A stretch of 64,000 nucleotides of DNA from Eledone cirrhosa (taxonomy: Eukaryota), in the NCBI GenBank assembly GCA_964016885.1, contig CAXHJY010000437.1, forward strand, positions 186,001 to 250,000, read 5' to 3'. The translations under genes were made by a program, and so were the position numbers. The notes beneath the pieces are model-generated. The model was given only the letters and a program-made list of their open reading frames with translations, was not told the origin of the DNA and searched no databases. Below, piece after piece: positions 25,539 through 38,667 of the stretch (position 1 is the first letter of the stretch; every line of letters starts with the position of its first letter).

Positions 25539-27424
25539 AAGTAATAGCGCAACTAATCAGAGAGAGAATTGATCTAGATGAAATGCAGTTCGGGTTTGTG
25601 TCAGGCAAAAGTACCACAGACGCTCTTTTCATCGTACAACAACTACAGGAGAAGTACCTAGCTAAAAGTAAACCCCTATACTTAACTTTCGTCGACTTGG
25701 AGAAAGCCTTCGACAGAGTCCCCCGTTCCATTATCTGGTGGTCTCTTAGAAAACTAGGTGTTGACGAATGGCTTGTGAGAGCTATACAAGCCATGTATAA
25801 AGAAACAGTCAGTAAGGTTAGAATTAACAACGAATATAGTGAAGAGTTTAGCGTAAAAGTTGGTGTCCATCAGGGCTCTGTTCTTAGCCCCCTACTATTT
25901 ATTATTGCCCTTCAGGCTATAACAGAGGAGTTCAAGACCGGCTGCCCATGGGAACTCCTATACGCAGATGATCTAACGCTCATAGCTGAATCAATGACCG
26001 AACTAGAGAAGAAATTCCAAACATGGAAGCACGGCCTAGAATCAAAAGGCCTTAAAATTAACCTGGCTAAGACTAAAGTTCTAGTTTGTAGGAAAGAAAA
26101 TAAGGCGGCGGTCCCTTCTGGGAAATGGCCATGCTCAGTGTGTAGGAAAGGCGTAGGTAGAAACTCCATTTTATGTCCCAAATGCAAAGTATGGGTGCAT
26201 AAAAGATGTAGTGTGATCACAGGTAAGCTAACTAAGAACATAGATTTTACATGTGGCCGGTACTCTGGTTCAATAAGTAGCAGCAAGTGCCCACAAAATA
26301 CTAGCTCCTTCAACTGCGCAGAGGGTTCTATAGAAATAGTGGACAGCTTCCGTTACCTGGGTGACAAAATCAGCAGTGGGGGAGGGTGCTCTGAAAGTAC
26401 AGTAGCTAGAGTCAGAACTGGATGGAAAAAGTTCAGAGAGCTTATACCACTATTAGCCGCTAGAGGGTTCTCCCTAAAAATGAAAGGCAGGTTATACGAT
26501 GCTTGCATACGAACAGCAATGCTGCATGGCAGTGAGACCTGGGCATTGTGTGCAGAGGATATACGCAGACTAGAGAGGAACGAAGCTTGCATGCTCCGCT
26601 GGATGTGCAATAGTAATATACGTGAACGGCAAAGCATAAACGAACTAAGGAAAAAATTAGAAATAAGAGGGATCAGATGTTGTTTACTCGAGAGAAGGCT
26701 ACGTTGGTACGGTCACGTGATGCGCATGAAAGACGACAGCTGTATAACAAAGTGCAGGGCAATAAAGATAGACGGTAGCCACGGAGTAGGCAGACCCAGA
26801 AAAACCTGGGACGACATGATAAATTCCGACCTCACACGCTTACACCTCTCCAAGACAATGTCACTGGACCGAGACCTTTGGCGGTACTCAGTAATAGAGA
26901 AGACCCGCCTTACCTAAATACAAAGTAAAAACCTACTACAGTCAGTAGGCATCTCTATCAAAACACACCCCGTCCCACCACCTCCACCCCATCCACACCG
27001 CCCCTTTCAATGTAAAGTTATGTTGGTCCCACAACATCCAGGCCGAAACAAATGAGATCGTGTAGGTGTCACGACAAAAAAACACACAGTCCACGCTGTA
27101 AATGTGGCCGTGTAGGCAACACGGTAAAAACCTCCCAGCCCCACACCGTAAATGTGGTTGGTGTTAGGAAGGGCATCCAGCTGTAGAAAACCCGCCAGAC
27201 AGTCCACGCTGTAATGTGGCCGTGTAGGCAACACGGTAAAAACCTCCCAGCCCCACACTGTAAATGTGGTTGGTGTTAGGAAGGGTATCCAGCTGTAGAA
27301 AACCCGCCAGACAGTCCTATGCGAGCAAGACAACCACTCTTGCCTCAAGTGGGAAAACCCCCGTCCAAACCCATGCAAGCGTGGAACACGGACGCTAAAC
27401 CCGATGATGATGATGATGATGATA
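25539..27424 (+). mobile_element. RTE-A 5'-truncated copy with an intact RT C-terminal ORF (25583-26917) and two 3' UTR repeat units (27087-27311)
   Basis: 444-aa ORF with RT motifs; nearly identical to 241-2148; (GAT)n tail. Confidence 0.95.
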
Positions 27425-27990
27425 TACCTCTATGCCTGAATACTTCACAACATAAAACAAGAGCTAACACCCAGCCCTACCTAACATAGAAACTCAGAGA
27501 GGTTTTATTATCTCTGTTTGGAACAAAGGGTTTTTTTTTCTGTGCAAATAAGAGACTATATGGATGAAATGTCAGCAGTGAGATGCTGTATAGTCGATGT
27601 TGAGACATGGGTATTGAATGCATACTATTTTTATTGCATTTGGCATTGTGTAGTGGCAGAATATTTGCCAGAATGCTGCATATATAACCAATTCCTTTCC
27701 CTAAACCTAATGGAATAGATAGACAGATAGACAGAGAGTGGGGGAAAATGAGAGAAAGTCAGAGAGAAGAAAAGGGTGGGAAAGAGAAATCTATTGAAAA
27801 GCAATAGAATAAGAACAATTTGAAGAGATTCAATTCTCATCGATATCTTAACAAGACATGAACCACTTATCTCTACTAATTCTTAAAATTATTCATCAAT
27901 ATCGGCACTTACTGAAACGATATCCTCCAAGAGATGCAGTTTTTTTTATGTTTTCATTTCATATTTGGACATATACAATCACACAGAGAT

Positions 27991-28300
27991 TCATAGATCT
28001 ATACACACAGTCATAGATCTATACACACAATGATATATCTACACACACAATCATATAGCTACACACACAATCATATATCTACACACACAGTCATAGATCT
28101 ATACACACAATCATATATCTACACACACAATCATATAGCTACACACACAATCATATAGCTACACACACAATCATATAGCTACACACACAATCATATAGCT
28201 ACACACACAATCATATAGCTACACACACAATCATATAGCTACACACACAGTCATATAGCTATACACACAGTCATAGTTCTACACATGCAGCCATAGATAT
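27991..28300. repeat. 20-bp minisatellite TCATATAGCTACACACACAA, about 15 copies
   Basis: Direct reading; period 20. Confidence 0.92.
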
Positions 28301-28885
28301 ATAAACACATAGATATTCAAACACACACAGACATGCACTCTCTTACATATAGACATATATATTCACACACAACATATAGTGTTGCACACAAAACACATAC
28401 ACATGTGTAAACACTGCTATAGAGTTACAGTATCTCTCTATTGATCTATTTGCTCTTCTCTCTCTTAGCCACACACAGTGTGCATTTGTATGTATGTATA
28501 TGTATATATGTATATATATGTATATTTATGTATATATGTGTATATATATATGTGTATATGTGTATATGTATATATATATGTATATATATATGTATATATG
28601 TATGTATATATGTATATATATGTATATGTATATGTATAGGTATATGTATATATGTATGTATATTTATATATCTATATATATGTATATGTATATGTGTATA
28701 TGTATATATGTATATGTGTATATATATATAAATATATATCCCACTCTTGCAAGCATGGAAAAGAGGACGTAAAATGATGATAATATATATATATATATAT
28801 GTATATATAAAAGTAGCGAAACAAACGGTTATTAAACAATTTTCTAAATAAATTAAAAAATGATTAAATAATCACCTGTTCAGAT

Positions 28886-28966
28886 GCTGTTACCGACGGT
28901 TTCATCATTCCGAAAGATTGGAAATCCAACGAATTTCCAATGGAAAGAAATGAATCTTCAGACAGC
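28886..28966 (-). ncRNA. Type I hammerhead ribozyme (copy 1)
   Basis: Minus strand GCTGT-CTGAAGA-[long stem II including ATTGGAAAT/ATTTCCAAT]-GAAA-CCGTCGG-TA-ACAGC; stem I GCTGT/ACAGC. Confidence 0.8.
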
Positions 28967-29342
28967 CCTATTTCCACGCTATAAGGTATAGCAAGTAAAT
29001 ATTATGCTCCCTGCCCAACGCATGCGGTCAAGCCGTTAAAGTGACACACACGCAAATCAGGTCGCTGATAAAAGCTGGATATTATAAACATGTCGAATTG
29101 CCACTAAAATTAGCGGCATTATTCAACGTTTTGTTCTCTACGTAAGGAGAATAAATTATAGAAGTGGATGGATACTTCAACAGGTACAATGTACTTGTAG
29201 AAATATTCAAGTTGTTTATAATACATGTGGTTCAATGGCACTAATTCGAGATACCAGAACAATATAAAAGTAGCGAAACAAACGGTTATTAAACAATTTT
29301 CTAAATAAATTAAAAAATGATTAAATAATCACCTGTTCAGAT

Positions 29343-29423
29343 GCTGTTACCGACGGTTTCATCATTCCGAAAGATTGGAAATCCAACGAATTTCCAATGG
29401 AAAGAAATGAATCTTCAGACAGC
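29343..29423 (-). ncRNA. Type I hammerhead ribozyme (copy 2)
   Basis: Identical to 28886-28966, 457 bp downstream. Confidence 0.8.
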
Positions 29424-29504
29424 CCTATTTCCACGCTATAAGGTATAGCAAGTAAATATTATGCTCCCTGCCCAAAGCATGCGGTCAAGCCGTTAAAGTG
29501 ACAC

Positions 29505-30431
29505 ATGTATATATATCTATATATCCATTATGCCAAACCCATGACTTCCAAACATCTGATCCACCGAAACTCGGCCGTTTCGGACCATACCAAAATCAAC
29601 ATACTGATTGCGGATTTGGTACGGGTGATGAGAAATGTGTCCCGCATGTGCAACCCCGAAGAACTAGAGAGACACATACAACACTTCATCCACCGTATGC
29701 AGTTCTCTAGCTACAATCAGAGAGATAAAATCACAGTGTATAGAGGAGCCAGAACCAAATGGGAAAAAATGGTAAATAATGACATAAATGGTACCTGCCC
29801 CTTGTATAGGAGCAAATTTTGGAATAGAATAGAAAGAACTAGGAACAAGGCTAATAGAATAAACTCATGGTATGATAGCAATAAATACCAGAGTGTAATG
29901 TTCATCAATACAACCCCTAGAGGTGAATTAGCTTACAAATTTAGAAGGGCCCTAGATAAACATAAACTCAATATTAAGATAGTAGAAAGACCAGGTACCT
30001 CCGTAAAAACACTTATTAGCAAGACATACCCTTTTCAAAGACCCTCATGTATGGATAAGAAATGTATAACCTGTAAAATAAGCCCCCATATTAACTGTAA
30101 AACTAGAAATGTAGTGTATAGCATAAGATGTACTGAAGGACAATGTAGAGACAAAAATATAGTGTACATAGGTGAGACAGCTCGTAGTGTAGGGGAACGG
30201 ATAAATGAACACTGGCGAGACCTTCAAGATAGTAAAGAATCATCTGTACTCTACCAACATGCTAAAATAGAACACAAGGGTAAATTAGAGAACATAGAAA
30301 TAAAAATAGAATCCACACACAGAAAAGACGCAATGTTTAGACAAATCACAGAGGCAATAAACATAAAAGAATTACAACCAAAATTAAATAGAAAATATGA
30401 GTGGAACAGCAACATCACAACTTACAATTAA
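29505..30431 (+). CDS. PLE protein C-terminal part: RT thumb, Cys-rich linker and GIY-YIG endonuclease
   Basis: CxxxxCxxC linker; NVVYSIRC..VYIGETARSVGERINEH..QH...H..RQITEAINI...PKLN; the start lies in a TA repeat, so the true 5' end is truncated. Confidence 0.88.
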   Translation: MYIYLYIHYAKPMTSKHLIHRNSAVSDHTKINILIADLVRVMRNVSRMCNPEELERHIQHFIHRMQFSSYNQRDKITVYRGARTKWEKMVNNDINGTCPLYRSKFWNRIERTRNKANRINSWYDSNKYQSVMFINTTPRGELAYKFRRALDKHKLNIKIVERPGTSVKTLISKTYPFQRPSCMDKKCITCKISPHINCKTRNVVYSIRCTEGQCRDKNIVYIGETARSVGERINEHWRDLQDSKESSVLYQHAKIEHKGKLENIEIKIESTHRKDAMFRQITEAINIKELQPKLNRKYEWNSNITTYN

Positions 30432-30872
30432 GGACAAAATGAAAACACACATAGAACAAACAACCAACCAGTAACATGTAAATAAACAAATAAATAAATG
30501 AATATAAACACACACAGACACCTGGATGTGGCGCATGCGCAGACTGAGCACACAACACACACACAGAAACAAAATGGCGTAGGACAGAACAAAGGAGAGG
30601 CACAAAAAACAAAGAAAAGAATCACCAGTCACTGAAGAGGTCACAGAGTGTGTGACGAAAGAACTATGACAATATATAAACAACTATCTGGTTGTGGAAC
30701 AAACCAACCAACCAGAAATTTATAAATTTATAAATTTATTATAATAAATTGAAGTGAAAGCAACTGGTGCGTGTGTTTCTTATTGGCAACATGACCCTCC
30801 CAAAGTATAACAATATCGGTTTCAACACACGATTTCAGATAAAGAATCTTGCTAAACAAATTCAGAAACGAA
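29527..30872 (+). mobile_element. Penelope-like element, 5'-truncated (RT thumb + GIY-YIG ORF + pseudo-LTR)
   Basis: ORF 29505-30431; 3' pLTR with a hammerhead; related pLTRs at 22.7, 62.0 and 63.7 kb. Confidence 0.9.
30628..30670 (+). ncRNA. Minimal hammerhead ribozyme in the PLE pseudo-LTR
   Basis: GTCA-CTGAAGA-G-GTCACA/TGTGAC-GAAA-GAAC-TA-TGAC; stem I GTCA/TGAC. Confidence 0.7.
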
Positions 30873-31069
30873 ATATATATATATATATATATATGTATAT
30901 AGATATGTATGTATATGTATATATATATATATATATGTATATGTATGTATATGTATACCCCCTCTCTATACATATGTATATATATGTATATATATATGTT
31001 TATATATGTATATAGATATGTATGTATATGTATATATATATGTATATGTATGTATATGTATATATATGC

Positions 31070-31545
31070 TGGTTCGCGGCCAACCTCCCCCCCCCCCTCT
31101 CTATACATATAAGATAAACCCTACCAAGTACGAAAAATTCAGAATCGCCAAATCCCTATTCTGGTATGGCTGTTTCCGTGGTATAAAGTAACGTACAAAT
31201 ATTTTTTCCATTCTCCTCTCCATTTTAATTCATTAGTCCATCCATTCGCCATTCTCTATCATTTATTTCCAATCTTTGTCTTTCTACTAGATACACTGTC
31301 GTATTTTCCAAAACAAATCTTGTATTTTTGTTTATGCTTGTTAAATTATGCCCAAAATACAGGGATCTTATTTATAACCTTACATTCTCGCTAACTACCC
31401 AACATTCCACCCCCACGCACCACCATTATTACGTGGACCAATCATAAGTCAGAGGCCTATACTATCGCTTACCTGGTTGCCTTTCGATAATATGGATGGA
31501 CTACGGAATTCTGGAGAGTTGAAGAGAGAACAATCTGGACGCTCA
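31070..31545 (+). mobile_element. Diverged second copy of the repeat at 35270-35860 (RTE-A 5' region or an unrelated non-autonomous element)
   Basis: AGAGGCCTATACTATCGCTTACCT..GGATGGACTACGGAATTCTGGAGAGTTGAAGAGAGAA matches the reverse complement of 35320-35420. Confidence 0.7.
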
Positions 31546-31555
31546 GCGACAATAT

Positions 31556-31703
31556 ATGGAAAAAGTTCAGAGAGCTTATACTATTAGCCACTAAAGGGTT
31601 CTCCCTAAAAATGAATGGCAGGTTGTATGATGCCTGCATACGAACAGCAATGTTGCATGGCAGTGAGACCTGGGCATTGTGTGCAGAGGATATACGCAGA
31701 CTA
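31556..31703 (+). mobile_element. Short RTE-A RT fragment
   Basis: GRLYDACIRTAMLHGSETWALCAEDIRRL. Confidence 0.85.
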
Positions 31704-31720
31704 TATACATTTACATATAT

Positions 31721-34700
31721 ACATCATCATCATCATCATCCTCGTTTAACGTCCATGTTCCACGCTTGCATGGGTTTGGACAGGAGTTTTCCCACTTGAG
31801 GCAAGAGTGATTGTCTTGCTCGCATAGGACTGTCTGGCGGGTTTTCTACAGCTGGATGCCCTTGCTAACACCAACCACATTTACAGTGTGGGTCTGGGAG
31901 GTTTTTACCGTGTTGCCTACACGGCCACATTACAGCGTGGACTGTGCGTTTTTTTGTCGTGACACCTACACGCTCTCATTTGTTTCGGCCTGGATGTTGT
32001 GGCACCAACATAACTTTACATTGAAGGGGGCTGTGTGGATGGGGTGGGGGGTGGGACGGGGGTGTATTTTGTTAGAGATGCCTACTGACTGTAGTAGGTT
32101 TTACTTTGTATTTAGGTAAGGCGGGTCTTCTCTATTACTGAGTACCGCCAAAGGTCTCGGTCCAGTGACATTGTCTTGGAGAGGTGTAAGTGTGTGAGGT
32201 CGGAATTTATCAGGTCCTCCCAGGTTTTTCTGGGTCTGCCTACTCCGTGGCTACCGTCTATCTTTATTGCCCTGCACATTTTTATACAGCTGTCGTCTTT
32301 CATGCGCATCACGTGACCATACCAACGTAGCCTTCTCTCGAGTAAACAACATCTGATCCCTCTTACTTCTAATTTTTCCCTTAGTTCGTTTATACTTTGC
32401 CGTTCACGTATGTTACGTATGCAAAGTATGTGTGCATAAAAGATATATTACTATTACACAGTATATAAAGTATATTACTATTACACATCCCGCGGAGCAT
32501 GCAAGCTTCGTTCCTCTCTAGTCTGCGTATATCCTCTACACACAATGCCCAGGTCTCACTGCCATGCAACATTGCTGTTCGTATGCAGGCATCATACAAC
32601 CTGCCTTTCATTTTTAGGGAGAACCCTTTAGCGGCTAATAGTGCTATAAGCTCTCTGAACTTTCTCCATCCAATTCTGACTCTAGCTACTGTACTTTCAG
32701 AGCACCCTCCCCCACTGCTGATTTTGTCACCCAGGTAACGGAAGCTGTCTACTATTTCTATAGAACCCTCTGCGCAGTTGAAATAGCTAGTATTTTGTGG
32801 CCACTTGCTGCTACTTATTGCACCAGAGCACTGGCCACATGTAAAATCTATGTTCTTAGTTAGTTTACCTGTGATCCCACTACATCTTTTATGCACCCAT
32901 ACTTTGCATTTGGGACACAAAATGGAGTTTCTACCTACGCCTTTCCTACACACTGAGCATGGCCATTTCCCGGAAGGGACCGCCGCCTTATTTTCTTTAC
33001 TACAAACTAGAACTTTAGTCTTAGCCAGGTTAATTTTAAGGCCTTTTGATTCTAGGCCGTGCTTCCATGTTTGGAATTTCTTCTCTAGCTCAGCCATTGA
33101 TTCAGCTATGAGTGTTAGGTCATCTGCGTATAGGAGTTCCCATGGGCAGCCGGTCTTGAACTCCTCTGTTATAGCCTGAAGGGCAATAATAAATAGTAGG
33201 GGGTTAAGAACAGAGCCCTGATGAACACCAAATTTTACAGTAAACTCTTCACTATATTCGTTGTTAATTCTAACCTTGCTGACTGTTTCTTTATACATGG
33301 CTTGTATAGCTCTCACAAGCCATTCGTCAACACCTAGTTTTCTAACAGCCCACCAGATATAGAACGGGGGATTCTGTCGAAGGCATTCTCCAGGTCAACA
33401 AAAGCTAAGTATAGTGGTTTACTTTTAGCTAGGTACTTCTCCTGTAGTTGTCGTACAATGAAAAGAGCGTCTGTGGTACTTTTGCCTGACACAAACCCGA
33501 ACTGCATTTCATCTAGATCAATTCTCTCTCTGATTAGTTGCGCTATTACTTTTTCCGTTACCTTCATGACCTGGTCGATTAATTTAATGCCTCTATAGTT
33601 ACTCCTATCTAGGGCGTCTCCTTTACCCTTGTAACAGTTAATGATGATGCTGCTACGCCAGTCCTTCGGAACAACCCCATTCTGTACGACTTGGTTAACT
33701 ATCCGGGTGACCATGGTGTGTCTCACCGTACCAGATGCCTTCAGCATCTCGGCAACTATTTCCGAAGGCCCAGCCGCCTTACACGTCTCCATATCCTTGA
33801 TTGCCTTACTTATTATACTACCCTCGGCTAACACTGCTGGTCCCTCTATTGGATCGATCTGGGGGAGACTGTCTTTCTCCCATTTGTTCTCCTCATTTAG
33901 AAGCCTTTCGTAGTGACACTTCCAAGCTACCTTCTTATCAGTGTCGGTGATGGCAAGTATGCCATCATCGTTAAGTACACACTTCTCCCCGACAATATCA
34001 CGGTTTTCCTTGACACATTGCCTAGCAATCCTGAACACCTCACGTTTTTGGTCCTCCCGTTGTAGAACATGCTTGAACTTTCTTTCCTCTGCTTCCCTTC
34101 TTGCGAAGTACACTTGTCTCCTAGCTTCCCTCCTGGCCCCTTGATAGTCTTCTCTACTTCCCCCATCCCGCCATACTTTCCAAGCCTGCTTTTTGGCCTT
34201 GATTGACCCCTCCACCTTACTGTTCCACCACCATGTTACTCTCCTCCTGCCTACAAGCCTGCTCCAGCCACAGACTTCGTCTGCCGCCTTCAGCAGGTTT
34301 GCTTTCAGGAATTCCCACTGCTCCTCTATATTGTACGACTCTAATTGCTCTTCCTTACTGTCGAAAGCATCAAGTAGTATGCTTTTAAATTTATTTCTGG
34401 CTGTGGGGTCCTTTAGCTTCCATATTTTTCTCCTGAGGACAGTCCTCTTCTGTTGTCTAATGCGTCTCGTCCTGACTATTAGGTCGCTGATTATCAGTCT
34501 ATGTTGGGAGGTGCATTCTTCGTGGGGGAGGGATTTATAGTTTACAACAGACACTCTGTCACGTCTTCTGGTAAGGATATAATCTACCTGGCTTGTGTGT
34601 TCCCCCGATCTATAGGTGATCAGGTGATTGTCCCGTTTTTTGAAGTTAGTGTTACAGATAGTTAGGTTATTTGCGTCACAGAATTCCAGGATTCTGGAGC

Positions 34701-35250
34701 CTTCCTTATTTCTAGTACCAAACCCATAGCCTCCATGGATTTCGTCGTAGCCGTCACAATATTGTCCAACGTGACCATTTAGGTCGCCTGCAATAATTAT
34801 ATAGTCACTGTCGGTTATTTGGGAGGTAGTGAGCATCAGTGTCTCATAGAATCTGTCTTTTATAGTGCCGGGCAGTCCGGATTGGGGTGCGTACGCAGAT
34901 ATTACTGTCACCGTAGTTCTATTGAGGACAAGTCTTATTTTAATTATTCTGTCGTTCACTCTATTTACGTCTATTATCTTATCTGCCCACTTTTCTGCTA
35001 CCATGATTTCTACTCCACCCAGCCCATTGTCATTGCCCACCCAGAAAAGCTTATAGCATCGTTTTTTACCCACAATGAATCTAGGAGACCCACCCCTCCA
35101 CCTGGTCTCTTGAATACAACAAACATCGACCTCCTTACGTTCAAGCATTTCTACAACCTCGTTAGAGCGACCCTTTAAGGTGCCTACATTCATGGTATCA
35201 ACTCTGAAGTTTTGGATTGCGTTTGGAGGGTGGGAGCGGTGGGGAGGGGG
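31721..35250 (-). mobile_element. RTE-A near-full-length copy (complete APE + RT), disrupted by a frameshift (~33355) and an insertion (~32411-32470)
   Basis: ORF 33334-35370 (TMNVGTL, CCIQETRW, SAYAPQ, GDLNGHVG, VDYIL, SQHRL), ORFs 32390-33316 and 32112-32312; (CAT)n tail at 31721. Confidence 0.95.
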
Positions 35251-35907
35251 GGGGGTTATGTTAGCCATCCGCGGCCGAAACAAGGAGGAGTGCTCGCATT
35301 CTCGTCCAGATTTTTCTGGGCGTCCAGATTTTTCTCTCTTCAACTCTCCAGAATTCCGTAGTCCATCCATCCGTCATATCGAAAGGCAACTAGGTAAGCG
35401 ATAGTATAGGCCTCTGGCTTATGATTGGTCCACGTAATAATAATTGTGGTGCGTGGGGACGGGTGTTGAGTTGTTAGCGAGAAGGTTAGGTTTAAGTAAG
35501 ATCCTCGTATTTAACAAGCAATAACAAAAATACAAGATTTGTTTTGAAAAATACGACAAAAATACAGGAGGATTTGTTTTGGAAATGCGATAGAATAGCG
35601 AGTAGCGAGGCAAAGATTGGAATCGGGTAAGAGAAAATGCTATAGAATTGTCGGATGGGGTAGACTATGGAATTGAGTGGATTGTAGAAATGCAAGAAAA
35701 ATGTGTACATTACATTATACCGTGAAGGAAAGCAGCCATGAATTTGGCGAATGTGATTACTTGTGGGGTTTATCTTATATATATAGATAGAGAGAGAGAA
35801 GGGGGGGGGAGGTTTGGCCGCATGATGTAGAGTGGGGTGGCTGACCGCGAACTCTCATGATGTAGGGAAGGGGGAGGAGATATTAAGGAGCGGGAATTAA
35901 GATAGTT

Positions 35908-37588
<1,681 letters not shown>

Positions 37589-38257
37589 GAAACCCCAGAG
37601 TTACCTCCCCGCATGCATTAACTCCCCTTAGCCACACACACACTTCCGGTATTCAATGGCGTCTCTCGAAACGTAACAACCTCCTGTATCGAACTAAAGA
37701 ACACCAGACTACGATCTCTAACTGGATTGTCGTGGATTATGTGAAAGGCATATAATCGAAATATACACTCCCTTGACCATGAAAATGCCGAAGTACATGA
37801 ATTACTTGACATCCCTGCGTTGTGCACTCCAATACTTATAACACTTTTAATGCTTGCACTATCTTTAATGCTTATAATATTTCTCCACACACAGACTACA
37901 TCAATCATATAAAGACTTTGCCACCAGATCTACCAACCTAACACTCTTATTTACCTACCTAAGTGCCTCTACCACACATATCTCTCTGCCACACTATATA
38001 AACAAGACGCACATGCGTGCCACACATATAACATTTGCACTATATAACCACTTATCTTCATGTTGTACTTTAACCTATATCTTTGATTTTTGATTGTACC
38101 TATTAATATAAATGTAATCTCGAAGTGTGTACTGCCACTCTAAATTTTGTAATGAATGTTGACCCACAATGTTTGAATATGTATCAATGTTTGAATATGT
38201 ATTGGTATGTCTCTCGGCTGAAAAGGAGGTCATATAACTGTCCATGCATTAATAAAT

Positions 38258-38304
38258 TGCTCCGAAGAATCCAAACCTCGGTTTGGAGGAAACAGCTGTA
38301 AGCA
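38258..38304 (+). ncRNA. Hammerhead-like motif (PLE-type, palindromic stem III) with a U4-to-C change
   Basis: TGCT-CCGAAGA-A-TCCAAACC/GGTTTGGA-G-GAAA-CAGCTG-TA-AGCA. Confidence 0.6.
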
Positions 38305-38342
38305 CAATAATGTTTTGAACAGTTCTTTGATTCTTATATTTC

Positions 38343-38510
38343 ATATAACTGCTCTGTAAATCATCTGATGTTTTTACATTGAGCTACTTAACTTACTGGT
38401 AATAAGGTAGTAATACATTACTGCCTACCACTATTTAGGGTGTGTGTAAAATACTTACAACTGCTTAAGGTTTTGTGTTTACATAACCATAAATAGTATA
38501 ACTAATACTA
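38343..38510 (+). repeat. AT-rich interspersed repeat (probable PLE pLTR 3' part), also at ~42573-42740
   Basis: ATATAACTGCTCTGTA..CTGATGT..TTACATTGAGCTA..CTTACTGGTAAT.AGGTAGTAATA..ACATAACCATAAATAGTAT is shared by both sites. Confidence 0.7.
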
Positions 38511-38630
38511 TATGTATATGTATATATATGTATGTATATGTATATATATGTATGTATATGTATATATATGTATGTATATATATATGTATATGTATGTATA
38601 TATATATGTATATGTATATATATATGTATG

Positions 38631-38666
<36 letters not shown>

Positions 38667-38667
<1 letters not shown>

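Larger units (their letters stand above)
28805..29504 (-). mobile_element. 457-bp head-to-tail repeat (about 1.5 copies) carrying a type I hammerhead; retrozyme- or Penelope pLTR-like
   Basis: 28805-29047 is repeated almost identically at 29262-29504 (period 457); flanked by TA repeats. Confidence 0.8.

Noticed and set aside
27991-28300. Regular 20-bp repeats resembling a CRISPR array
   Set aside because: Contiguous tandem units without unique spacers, no cas genes, eukaryotic context
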